Below are positions 27,113 through 45,285 of a stretch of DNA of 64,000 nucleotides, one piece after another. The position numbers were made by a program, and so were the translations under genes. Under the pieces are notes generated by a model that ran no database searches, was not told the origin of the DNA, and worked only from the letters and a program-made list of their open reading frames with translations. Source of the stretch: the human T2T-CHM13v2.0 reference genome, Homo sapiens. The DNA lies in the NCBI RefSeq assembly GCF_009914755.1, contig NC_060925.1. One strand, 5' to 3'. Every line of letters starts with the position of its first letter. Position 1 is the first letter of the stretch.

Positions 27113-29062
27113 CACACGTCACAAATTTAAAAGACTAGATAGCCAAAGAGAAAGTGGAGCTATCCAAGATGGAATCACACAATCATATGGGCTAAGAATC
27201 GGAGGGCCAGTTTAATTAGATGACTGCCAAGATTCCTTCCAATCCTGAAGTTGACTCTGATTTGAAGACAGAGTGGGACTGTGAGAGGGAGTGAGAGACC
27301 TAGGATGTATTCCACCAAAAGCACCGTAATCATAGGGTAGAAATGGGTAGAATCTAGTTTCTCTCTTTCCTGGGCTTAGAAAAAAAGGGTTCTGAGGACA
27401 AGAAGAGAATTGCTCTCTGATCCTGTGTGCCCTCTGGTGCAGCAGACAGCTCTGGCCTGGGGCTCAATACTTTGGTTCTTGGTAACAGCATGGGAAGTCA
27501 GGCAGATCTGGCTTTCCAGACAATTGGATAGGGCTCAGGTCAGAAAGGCAGAGACTGAGAAAAGTTTCACCATCTGCTGGCACCTCCTTCCCTGGATCAC
27601 ACTGAACCTTTAACGATTTGACTGGTATGTGATGCCACCCCCATAATACACTAAGTGTAATGTGCCAGGAGCCTGAGCCAGAAGATGAAGGGCCCCAGTG
27701 AAGCACCCTGAGAACAGCAGCATGAGCTCTGTGCCACAGGCCTAGTGAGGGGTGGCTCCTGCAGGGCCAGGCTGGCTAAGGTTGGTAGCCCTTTCTAACT
27801 GACTTGTGTCAGAATCTCTCCCCTCAAGGGTTCTGCATGCTCAGGCAGCACAGAGTTAGGGGGAGGCGGCAGAGGTACCAGGACATGACTGACTGGGTAA
27901 ATGAAGAGAACTCCTCACCTGTGTCACACCTGTTCTCCACATACATTTCAGGGTACAAGGGAATGACAGGATGGAAAGGAGGAGAAAAAACAGGAGAGTT
28001 AGAGATAGAATAAATACAGACATGAGATGAAAAAACAAAAACAAAGAAGTAGGAGGAAATGTGGAAGTTACAAAAGAAAGGGAAGAGCAAGAGAATGAGA
28101 GAATAAAATGGCTGGGGATAGATGGTTATATGGAAAGATGTGGAAAAAGGAAAGAGAAACCAGCAAAAGAGAGTAAGAAGCATTGAAAAGGGGAGAAAGG
28201 GCATCACAGTATTTAAACATCAGATTGTCTCAGGGGTTGGTACAGATTCTAAGCCAGCCAGACTTCCCAGACTCAGGCAGTACTGGCAGCAGGGGTGTTC
28301 AATGGAACTTCTTATTACAGTCCTTAGGCTGAGATTTATAAAAGGGCTGTGAAATCATTAATTAGTGTAGAGTGTCTGGCACAAAACAGAATGATGGGGT
28401 TGTGCGGCGGGGGGAGGAGTATGTGCACACAGAAGTGAGTTGTCAGCATCTGGGAGGAAGAACAAGGCTACCGTACGATTTTTGGTTAAGGTGCTTTCCC
28501 TAGCAGGGTCTCAGTTTCCAATCTGGCCACACAGAATTAAACATTCTCTCTCCCTTCTTGACACAAATACCACCTAAGGTGATCTTTTCTCTGACCGCCT
28601 TATCTAAAATTGCAATCCCACATTCCTGATACTTCCTGTTCTGTCTCTGTAACCATATTATCTAATACACAGTAATATCTAACAAATAACTTTCTTATTT
28701 AATTTGTTTAGAATGTAATGTAAGCTCCAAGAAGGCAAAGGTTTTTTTTTTTTTGTTTTTTTTTTTTTGTCTCTTTTGTTCTCTGTTACAGCTCCAATGT
28801 TTACAACAGTTCAGTTCCTGGAACACCGTAGATGCTCCAAAAATGCTTATTAAATAAAAGAATAAGCCTAACTGCCTAACTCTATTTAAACCTAGCCCTA
28901 TTCAGTTCTCAGTTGCCCAAGAAAATGTAGAGGGAAACATTTCATATAACTCGAACTCGAAAATAATGCAAATCTACATCTCACAGAATTATAAATGATA
29001 AAGGCTAGAAAGAATCTCAACACTCTCATTTCACAGACAAGGAAACTAAGGACTACAGCCTT

Positions 29063-29447
29063 TGTTATGGACTGAATGTTTGTGTCCCCCAAAATCCCTA
29101 TGTTGAAGCTCTACCCTCCAATGTGATGGCATTTGGAGATGGGGCCTTTGGAGGGTAATTAGGGTTAGGCTAAGTCATGAGAGTAGGGCTCTCATGATGG
29201 GGTTGGTGTCCTTCTAAGAAGAGACATCAGGAAGCTTGCACGCACGCACACACACACACACACACACACGAAAGGCTATGTGAGCACACGGTGAGAAGGC
29301 AGCCGTCTACAAGCCAGGAAGAGGGCCCTCACCAGAATGTGACCATGCTGGCACCTTGCTCTTAGATTTGTAGCCTCCAGAAACTACCAGAAATAAATGT
29401 CTGCTGTTTAAGCCACCCAGTCTATGGTGACCCAAGCTGACTAAACC
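29063..29447 (+). mobile_element. MLT1A-like MaLR solo LTR (internal (CA)n), inserted in a MIR
   Basis: Begins TGTTATGGACTGAATGTTTGTGTCCCCCAAAAT and ends AATAAATGTCTGCTGTTTAAGCCACCCAGTCTATGGT. Confidence 0.88.
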
Positions 29448-30799
29448 AGACTTTAATTGGATTTTCCCCCAGTGGCAGAGTGAGAACTAGAACCCAGGGC
29501 TCCTATTCCAGGAGGACGGTGAACTTTGTATTACACAAGGCCTTGGAATGTGTTTATGTATCAATGTAGGGGTGTTGGCCATTCTGGAAATAACAACACT
29601 AGAAGAAGCTGGAAGAATGGGTTCAGCATCTCTATCTCACCCTTCATTCAACTTCTCAGAGCTTCTTACTCTAAGCTGGGAGCCAATGGTATCACCTTTG
29701 AGAGGGATCCAAAGGGAGCTGTTCTCCTAAGTCCTACTTCATTCCTTCACAAGGTGGGGAAAGAAACAAAAGGCAAGGCATGGATTTGTTTTCAAAGGCT
29801 TTTCCTCCTAGCTATTGTTGAACTACAAGATTGCACTCAGGAGTAGGGGTTAGCAGAGATGCTGATAAGGTCCATGGGAAGTAAAAAGTCAGACTGCCCA
29901 GTATATCACCTGTAGATAATTAAGAATGAAACTAAATAAATCCTAGGGGGCAGTTTAGTATGAATGTCTCTGCACATTTTTAAAAACCCAAGTGTCTCTG
30001 TGTCACATCTTAAAATCATGACTTTTAGGGGATCTTCACCTCTATGAAAAGTCTGCTTATCCAGTATAAAATGGACTTATACTTAATATGCTTCCCAAAT
30101 GACTCAGAGATCTTTGTATTTATGACCATATTTACCCTTATCAACAGTTAACAACTATTTACTGGTACAGAGAAATGCTTTGACATTTGAGGCATATATT
30201 AAGGTGCAGGCATGGTTCTTGTCCTTAGGAAACATACAATCTTGAGGAGTTAGGAGACACAGGCAAAACAGACTTAAGTTTGTGCAATGTACAAATAAGA
30301 GAAGTTAAGTCCAAATCCACAAAGTGCCAACTGTACACAGAATGTACTGAGTAATAAACATAGTCATCAGAAAATGGAACTCATCAAGGAGAGCTATCCT
30401 AAGGTTGGTGGTACTGAGCTAGGCTCTTAAAGGGTACCCACAAGGGATGCATACTTATCTTTTATTTCTCCTGGATTCTAAACCTGACTCTGAACCATAA
30501 TTTGATCTAAACACAGGACTCCTTACTAACACAGATTCATGAGCTAGTCTAAGCTAGCTGGAAAACTTCTATGGAGGGTAAAGCCAGTCTACCTGGCTGG
30601 AAACGCTGAAAGACACTAAGATATCCAGGACCTGTAATCTTATTATTTGCCACTTCATTCCAATGTAAAAAGGCTCTCATTCTCCTCACACACTCGATTC
30701 AATATGCATCAGCTGAATCTCAATCTGAACCTCTCTTGCTTTCTTCTCAACATGAACCTGCTGCCTGGAGCACCTATCAAATTCAATCTCACCCTTCCC

Positions 30800-33335
30800 T
30801 CAAAAACAGATGAAAACCCCACAGCTAACATCATACTCAACAGGGAAAGACTTGCCCCTAAGGTCAGCAACAAGACAAGAATATCTGGGCTGGGTGTGAT
30901 GGCTCATGCCTGTAACCTCAAAACTTAGGGAGGCCAAGGAGGGAGGACTGCTTGAGCCTAGGAGTTTGAGACCAGCCTGGGCAACACAGCGAGATCCCAT
31001 CTCTATAAAAAATAAAATAAATTTTAAAAACACAAGAATGTCTGCTCTAGCCACTTCCATTCAATGTTGAACTAGGGAGTTCTGGCCAGGGCAATTAGGC
31101 AAGAAAAAGAAATAAAAGGTATCCAGATGGAAAAGGAAAAAGTAAAACTCTCTCTTTTCACAGATGATGTGATCTTGCATACAGAAAATCCTAAGGAGCC
31201 CACACAAAAAAAATTAGAACTAAGCTGCAGGATATAAGATCAGCATATGAAAAATTGCATTTCTTTTTTTCTTTAAGAGACAGGGTCTTGCTCTGTCACC
31301 CAGGCTGTAGTGCAGTTGTGTGATCGTAGCCCACTACAGCTTCAAACTCCTGGGCTCAAGGGATCTTCCCACCTCAGCCTCCCAAGTAGATAATTAGCCT
31401 GGCTAATTTTTATTTTTAAATTTTTTGTAGAGATGGGGTCTTGCTACATTACCCAGGCCAGTCTCAAACTCCTGGCCTCAAGCGATCCTCCCATCTCAGC
31501 CTCCCAAAGTGCTGGGATTATAGGCATGAGCCACCATACTTGGACTGAAAAATTGTATTTCTATACACTAGCAGTGAACAATACAAAAATGAAATTAAGA
31601 AAACAATCCCATATTAATAGCGGCAAAAAGAATAAAATATCTAGGAATAAATTTAACAAAATAAGTGCAAGACCTGTATACTAAAAACTATAAAATATCA
31701 CGGAAAACAATTAAATGAAAAGACATCCATGTTTACAGAGTGGAAGATTTAAGATAGTTAAGATGGCAACATTCCACAAATTGATCCACAGATTAAATGA
31801 AATCCCTATTAAAATCTCAATTTTTTTTGAAATTGAGAAGTTGACCCTAAAATTCATATGAAAATGAATAGCTAAAACAATCTTGAGAAAGAATCAAGTT
31901 GGTGGACTCATAATTCCTGATTTCAAGATCTACCAGAAAGCTACAGTAAGCAAGTCAGTATGCGACTGGCATAAGGATAGACATAGATCAATAAAACAGA
32001 ACATCCAGAAATAAACTCTCACATTTAGGGTCAATTCATTTTGACAACAGTGCCAGGACAATTCAGTGGAGAGGTAATAGACTTTTCAATAAATGGTGCT
32101 AAGACAACTGGATATCCACATGCAAAATAATGAAGCTAGACCCCTGCCTCACATCATATACAAGAATTAACTCAAGAATTAACTCAAAATGGATCATTGA
32201 CCTAACTGTAAAACTCTTAGAAGAAAACATAGGAATAAATCTTTGTGACCTTGAGTTAGGCAGTGGTTTTCTAGATATGACACCAAAAGCATAAGCAAAA
32301 AAAGAAAAAATATATAAAAACTGGACTTCATCAAAATAAAAAACCTTTGTGCTTCAAAGGATGCCATCAAGAAAGTGAAAAGACAGCCCAGAGGATGGGA
32401 GAAAATATTTGCAAACCACATATCTGATAAGGGACTTGTAACCAGAATATATAAAGAACTCTTACAAATCAACAATAAAAAGACAACACAATTAAAAAAT
32501 GGGCAAAGATCTGAAAAGATACTTCTCCAAAGAAGACATACAAATGGCCTATATGCATATGGAAGAGGCTCAATATCATTAGTTATTAAGGAAATGCAAA
32601 TCAAAACAACAATGAGATACCATTTTACATCTACTAGGATGACTAGAACAAAAGTAATGGAAAATAACAAGTGTTGGTGAGGATGTGGAGAAATGAGAAG
32701 CTTAATACATTGCTGGTGGGAATGTAAAATAGGGCAGCCACTTTGGAAAATAGTTTCACAGTTCTTCAAAATGTTAAACACACATATGCTATATGACCCA
32801 GCAATTCCACTCCTAGGTATATACCCAAGAGAAGTGAAAAGTGTTCACACAAAAACTTGTACATGAAGGTTCATAGTAGCAGTATTTACAAAAGCCAAAA
32901 AGTAGAAAACTACCCAAATGTCCATCAACTGATTAACAGATAAACAAAAGATGGCATATCCACACAATAACATATTAACTGGCAATTAAAAAAAGAACGA
33001 AATCCTGATACATGCTACAACATGGATGAACCGTGAAAGCATTATGCTAAGTGAAAGACGCCAGTTACAAAGACTTCATGTTATATGAATCCATGTATGT
33101 GAAATATTCAGAATAGGCAAATTCATAGAGACAGAGAGTAGATTAATGGCTAACTGGGGCAGGGATGAAGGAGTGGGGAGCAGGAAAGGGAAGAGCATAG
33201 GGTTTCCATTTGGGATACTGAAAAATTCTAAAACTAGGATGTGATAATGGCACAACTGTGACTATACTAAAAATCACTTAACCATATAATTTAAATGGAT
33301 GAATTTTATGATATGTGCAATATATTTCAAAAAAA
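30800..33335 (+). mobile_element. L1MB-like element (ORF2 3' part plus 3'UTR), interrupted by a FLAM (30887-31029, +) and an AluJ (31262-31543, -)
   Basis: Degenerate ORF2 C-terminal peptide WEKIFANHISDKGLVTRIYKEL...[15 protein letters not shown] (ORF 32375-32680). TSDs flank both inserts. Confidence 0.92.
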
Positions 33336-34096
33336 CGATAACACAAACAAAATGAACAAAGAACCAGCCCTTCACTTCCATGCTTTTCTGGTTTTACAGA
33401 TATGAAGAAAACGTCCTTCCTAGTACTCTCATAAGAGATTCTCAGAAGACACTACTTTCCTTACTGTCTACTCTGAATGGGTAACTGTTGCCCATATATC
33501 CAAAGTAAGTAGTTTCTCTGTCTAGGTATTAGTTCAGTATTTTTGCTAAATCATCTGTGTTGACTCTGGATAAAAAGAGTACCTACTTCACAGCATTGCT
33601 GTTGAGTATTGAAAAACATTTAGAACAGTGCTTGGTGTGTAGTAGATGCTATATAAGTTTTAGTTGCAATCATCATCACCGCCATCCTCATCATTTCTTG
33701 GCCATTCATTCAACAAAATTTACTGTCTAATGTACATGAAGAAACATTATAGCTAGGTCTCAGGGAGAAAACTAAAATAGGGCACAAGCCAGATTTCCCT
33801 TCCTTGTCTGGTGCAAAGTCGTTGCAGGTCTTTAGATAAGGGTACTTTTTAGGGGGCGTTGACAGGGCAGTGATGTGGAAGAGGAGGTATATGAAGTTGA
33901 CAGGCTAATATTCAGGTGGACTCCTCATCTTTTGCTCTGCTATCTAGTCCTGGATGCCTACAACTGACTACCTCTGCCAGACCTCTAGCCACTATTGCTC
34001 TATTGTATAGAAATCTGGTTTACTTGCAGGGCTGAATTCCATTTCCCTTCCATCATGTACTTGGGTCTGTCCCCAACTGCTCATAACTCCCCACTA

Positions 34097-34097
<1 letters not shown>

Positions 34098-34161
<64 letters not shown>
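34098..34161. repeat. Perfect (CA)n microsatellite, about 31 units
   Basis: Direct inspection. Confidence 0.97.
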
Positions 34162-34479
34162 AAGAACCTTCTCCGGTGGGTGGGTTTCTTTCAAAGGCAG
34201 TTTAGGTTTTCCCTGTGCTGCTGTATGTAGCACAGCCATGTCTCACCATGCCTACTCCTTGGATGCCTGGCAAAAACTCCTGCTTATTCCTCAAGCCCCT
34301 ATGAATTCCTCAAACATTAATGCTTCTTGGTGAAGCATTTCCCTACCTCTCCCCCAGCATGGCTGCTCACACCTTCCTTTTGGCCCCTACTTTACTTGGT
34401 ATTCTCCCTCCCTCTATTACAACACCTTTCATTCTGTATAGCAAATCTCCATTTATGGGTGTCTCTCCTTCAACCCACT

Positions 34480-36045
34480 TTGAGTTCCTTTTCTTCCCTT
34501 AATTTTCATGACTTTCACTCCCATCCCCACCTCCACTACTCACACCCAGAACTACATTTTGAATCTTGACATTGCTCACAATACTTCCACCTTCAAAAAC
34601 ACAGGCTCCAGTTTCCTCTCATACATTTGGTCTCACCACATTTGCTCTTCTTGGTGACATCACCAGACCCTGGTATTTTCCTCCCAGGTATCAACGTCCT
34701 CTCAGCTTCTCTTCCTTTTCGCCTGAATTCCATAGCTGATCACCTACGGCAGCAGTCCTGATTCCTTTGTATCCCCAGTCCTCCCATCAAATTTGTCCAA
34801 CAAACTAGCTCTGGAGAAAAGCTCCCATTTTCGGGCTTTACTTCTACTTTGTTAGCTGCACTCAGCTAGGGAAAAATCACACTGCTGTGTGATCTAACAT
34901 GCAGATTCAAGGTCTCCAGCCTTGCTGAGGCCTTTGGTGCCTCCAATCACGGTTTTATTAGTGTTTCCATGACCTTTTCCACCACAACGCTAAAACTTTA
35001 CAGCTCTCCTCAGCCTCCATATTTAAAGCCCACCCTCTCCCTATCATTAGATTGTATTGCCTCTTACCACATAAAAATAACTGGAGCCTTTAAGCACTGT
35101 TCTTCTGCAATTTCCTACCTCTACCTACAAGCTCCTCACACTCATCTTAGCCTTTTCCCTCTAGTTCAAGCTCAAATCTCACTCATGCCCCTCCTAAATC
35201 TTCAAGATCTAATTGTATTGGCTCTTTCTCCTCAGCCCAGAAATTTATTCAATTCTCTCTCTCTCTTTTTTTTTCTCCTCTTTTTGAGACAGGGTCTTGC
35301 TCTGTTGTCCAGGCTGGAGTGTAGTGGTGCCACTGTAGCTTACCGCAGCCTCAAACTCCTGGGCTAAAGTGATCCAATTCTCTCTTAAAGGAAAAAATAT
35401 TTCCTTGACCCAACAATCCCCTCTAGCTATTACCAATCAACCAATCTCTTTTCTCCACTTCTCATCCAGACTCCTGGGAAGAGTCGTCTACATCGACTGT
35501 CTCCAGTTTCTCACCTCCCACTTACCCCTCAATCCACTGCAATCTGGCTTCTGCCTCTAGAACTCTGATGAGATTGTTTTCAGTAAGATTACCAACAGCC
35601 CCTCAACTGAGAAGTTCAGAGCATTTTCTTTTCCAGATCTCATCTCACTGGACCTCTCTCTGCATGCAACAATGTTGATTCCTCTTGCTTTCAGACTTGC
35701 TACTTTATCCTACCCTTCCTTCTTAGGAGACAGTGCGTACTCTCCTTTTAACCAACTTTTGTAACAATGCGGACTCTCATTCTTGTCTTCAGCCTTCAGT
35801 CTCTTTTAGATTTCAGGCTCCATATGGAACTCTCTAGGGGACAACACAGCCAACAGATGCTCAAACTCAACACACTGACAAACTCATCTCCATGCACCAC
35901 ACCTCTGTCCTCCTCTCGTATTCTCTCAAGCCCCAGGTAGGAATTCTGGCAATCAATCTTGACTCTTCCTTTTCTCTGACCACATAGCCAGTTAAACAAT
36001 ACATCCTGGACAATTTGATACAAATTGTCTATGCTTCTCATTTTC
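34480..36045 (+). mobile_element. L2 fragments with a partial Alu (35265-35380, -)
   Basis: L2 motifs TCTCCAGTTTCTCACCTCCCA, AATCCACTGCAATCTGGCTTCTGCC and CTCAAACTCAACA. Confidence 0.65.
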
Positions 36046-36074
36046 CCCTCTACTTCAGGAATTTCAGAGACTGC

Positions 36075-36300
36075 TTGATATAGTGGTTAAGAGGACAGAA
36101 CCTAGGGCCACACTGCCTAGATCTGAATCCTAGTTCTACTACTTACCAGCTGTGTGATTTGGGTAAGGTGCTTAATGCTCTGTCTCATTATACGCAGCTA
36201 TGAAATGGGGACGCTCACAGGCTGTTATGAGGATTAAAGGAATTATTATGTGCAAAGTTCTTAGAACAGTGCCTGGTACATAAGTACTATATGAGTATTT
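36075..36300 (+). mobile_element. MIR
   Basis: TAGTGGTTAAGAG...GAATCCTAGTTCTACTACTTACCAGCTGTGTGA...TTAGAACAGTGCCTGG. Confidence 0.8.
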
Positions 36301-37079
36301 ATCAAACAAACAAGCAACCCCACTCTCCTCCCCTGGCTGGGTTATCTTTACCCTGCTCCTAACTCACAGGGCACATCGCCATCACTGCATTCATCTTGCA
36401 CTGTGGTCATCTATTTAATGGTCTTTGAGCTACTTGAGGCAGGGATTGTCTTATCCATCTTTGCAGCCTGAAGGTCTACTGCCATAATTACACTCTAGGT
36501 CCTCAGTAATGCGCAGTGTGTGTCTGCTAATGGTCACAATATCCTGAAGGGCCTTACTGCATGCAGCACAGGCATGTGTGGATTAGTGCCTCTTTCCACT
36601 GGAGGAGGAAGCACTGGGATGGAAGGTCAGCCATGGGACTCTTGGCGACCTGGCCCAACGAGCATGTCTCCCAGGGGGAGCCAGATACACTCATTCACCC
36701 AATCAAAAACATTTACTGAATTTCCACCAGGTGCCAGTCACTTTGCTATTATGGTCCCTGCCCTCTGGGAATTCTCAACTGAGGAGGGGGAGAGATACCT
36801 TTTCACAATATGGGGATTGGAAGAGTGATGTGATGACTACTGCAGTCTTAAAAATAAACCAGGAGTGTGTGGATATCTCTAAGATTTTAATCCGTAATGA
36901 AACAACAAAAGAACAGTAGGAAAAACGCTTGCCAGGAGTCAGACTACCCAGCCAATCACAAATAAGACCTAAACCCCCAGGTGTCTATTGTGAGGACTGA
37001 ATGAGGCACCCATAGCACCCATTACAGGCCTGGCACATGGTCAGCGAGCAACAAAAGGGAGCTACTTCTAATATTACTG

Positions 37080-37379
<300 letters not shown>

Positions 37380-37652
37380 TAATATTCCTGTTTTTAAAAT
37401 TATTTTTCTCTGTTGTTAGGTTGTTTGGCGTCTGTTCATTTTGTGTGTGTGGTAACAGTATTGTGACTGTATTTTTAAGCGTTTTCATCTTTTAGAGATA
37501 CATACTGAAAAATTTACAGATAAAATGTCTGTGATTTGCTTCATAATCTGATGAAGGGTATGTAGGAGTGTAGACAAAATGAAATTGGCATGAGTTGATA
37601 ACTGTTGTTCCTTATCTCATCCTACTCTTGTTTGAAATTTTCCATAATAGAG

Positions 37653-37830
37653 TTTTTATTATTTATTTATTTATTTATTTATTTTGAGAGAGAATCTTGC
37701 TTTGTCATCCAGGCTGGAGTGCAGTAGCACAATCTCAGCTCACTGCAGTCTCCACCTCCTGGGCTCAAGCGATCCTCCCACCTCAGCCCCCAAGTAGCTG
37801 GGACTACAGGCACACCCCACGACATCCAGA
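37653..37830 (-). mobile_element. Partial Alu (right arm) with (TTTA)n tail
   Basis: Single arm. Confidence 0.8.
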
Positions 37831-38281
37831 CTAGTGAGATTTAAGGCTAGAAGCTAAGGCTGCTGCCATACCATTAAGATTTAAAAAAGAAAATAGGAAG
37901 GAGAAGAACTATTGATAAAGATGTATTCCTTTCAGACTCCCCATAATAATAAAGCAAATATGGACAATCAGGATGGCGAAGAGGTGGAACTTCCCCAGAT
38001 AGCTCAGTTTAAATACTTTCTTATCAATGACCTCCAAGTATTCCTCAGGCAGTCATACCCTTCCAGAACAGCAGGGTCTGCAGAGATCATCTCACTGCCC
38101 AGATTCTGAATGGTCCTGCCTCTAAATTCCCAGCACACTCTGTATCATAACTACCATGGCACTTATTACACTTACTTGTTAAATTATAATTATTTGTTTG
38201 TATGTCCGTCTCTTCCATGAATCACTAGTGTCTGATACAGTGGGTACTAAATGTTCACTGAATTAATAAAGAAATGGAGAA

Positions 38282-38587
38282 GGCCGGGCGCAGTGGCTCA
38301 TGCCTGCAAACCCAGCCCTTTGGGAGGTCGAGGCAGGTGGATCACGAGGTCAGGAGATCGAGATCATCCTGGCTAACATGGTGAAACCTTGTCTCTACTA
38401 AAAATACAAAAAATTAGCCGGACGTGGTGGCACGCACCTGTAATCCCAGCTACTTGGGAGGCTCAGGCAGGAGAATCACTTGAACCCAGGAGGTGGAGGT
38501 TGCAGTGAGCCAAGACCGCGCCACTGTGCTCCAGCCTGGGCAACAGAGTGAGACTCCGTCTCAAAAAAAAAAAAAAAAAAAAAAAAA
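38282..38587 (+). mobile_element. AluSc/Y-like SINE
   Basis: Dimer with TSD AAAGAAA(T/C)GGAGAA. Confidence 0.9.
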
Positions 38588-38729
38588 GAAACGGAGAAGA
38601 GGATTTAATAATTTCTTTTGTTTTGATTTTTAAAGAATTTCTGGTAAGAGAGAATCTAACATCTGCTCCAAAGGTCTACCAAGAAGTTCTAAAATCCTGA
38701 TATTCTCCAAAACTCATAAAACATACAGA

Positions 38730-41180
<2,451 letters not shown>

Positions 41181-42639
41181 AAAAACAGCATTAAGAAAAA
41201 AAATTATTCTGGGTCCATATTAGAAACTAAACATTCCCTTACTCAATTATAGAGATGCAGGTACTCGCTCTTTTTAGTGGTAATATAAGGCTGTCCCAAA
41301 ACATTCTGTTTATTGTCCAGGTCATAGTGCTGCTAGATCCTAAAATGAGGCTATGGTCTTTGAATTTAAAATGGAAGAAAATCACAATATGTACATACAG
41401 TCTTGCATTTTATCTGTTTGTACATACATATGATTATTTAATCAATTAATGCATAGGCAAGTTCCAAACACACATATTAATGGAGAAGCAACACAAATAA
41501 TCAGCAAAGACAGATAATTTTTACAAAGCACACTTTCATTTGCCTTTGTAATATAATACGGGGTTTTGTTTTGCAGCAGATATATTCTTAGGGATGTTGG
41601 GCTTTGACTAACATTAAAATGAATGGTCATTTTTTTCCTATTTTATACTAGAGCAAGAGCTAAGGAGTTCACAGCAAGGATAAATTACAATGCTGATATC
41701 GATAAAGCAACTGCATTAAATGTAGGCATTGAGAATTTAAAAGCATTCATTTGAATTCAAAAGCCAGCAAAATGTTATATACTTCCAGGTAAATGTCTGT
41801 CCATGTGCTCCCCACCCACTCTTCCAAGCTGCCCCAAAGAGCTTTTCTGGATATCTAAATGTGAAATGTGTAATAGCCTGTGCACACATCAGAAAAGGTG
41901 GAGAAAGCAAAAGATTTAATGTTGAGATTCTGTCAGTAAATTCTCAGCAATTACAGTCTCTGACATGCCAGTTGCTCTGTAGGAAGATGGGAAAGAGAGT
42001 GATGTGATGGGGTACACAGTACAGGCTGAAGAGAAGAACACAGAGATTTCAGGCCAAGTGGATCCTTGGCCAACAGAACCTGTCCTTAGATGCTTTCAGG
42101 TGGGCACTATAGACATGCATCCTTCCAATCCTAAAGCCTTTATCAAGTATGTGTCAAGTATTTGAGGATGGCAAATGCTGAACACCAAAAAAGAAAGCAG
42201 AATCACAGGCATGTCCTTGCCCTGTAATGCTCCTGAATCAAAAAAGAGACAATGACAAGGATATATTTAAAATCAAAATAATAACCATCAAGGATGTAAA
42301 TTTCATTATCACCTCAAATGGATCCAATATTAAGTCCTGATTAGGTGGTCATGTAATGAGAGCATTAACAAGACCACCCTCTGGAAGTTTTCAGTCCAAG
42401 ACAGTAATGATGGTGTTTCATAAAAGGAAATCGTTTAAATAAATGGAATCAACTGTGGGTTATAGATGCTAAACGAGAGGCCAAATAAAGCAGTGGAAAA
42501 AAAGTTAGACTAAATTCAAAAGTCTTGCATTCCTGTTCCAGTTTGACACTATGTGGTCACAGGCAAACAACTTATGCCTCAGTTTCTTCATATGGACCCT
42601 AATCACATAGGGTTGTTTCAAGGATCCAATAAGACTCTA

Positions 42640-45285
<2,646 letters not shown>

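Noticed and set aside
32194-32781. 195-aa minus-strand ORF (also 11876-12463 and 44300-44845)
   Set aside because: Antisense or chimeric reading of decayed L1 and Alu sequence; not a gene.
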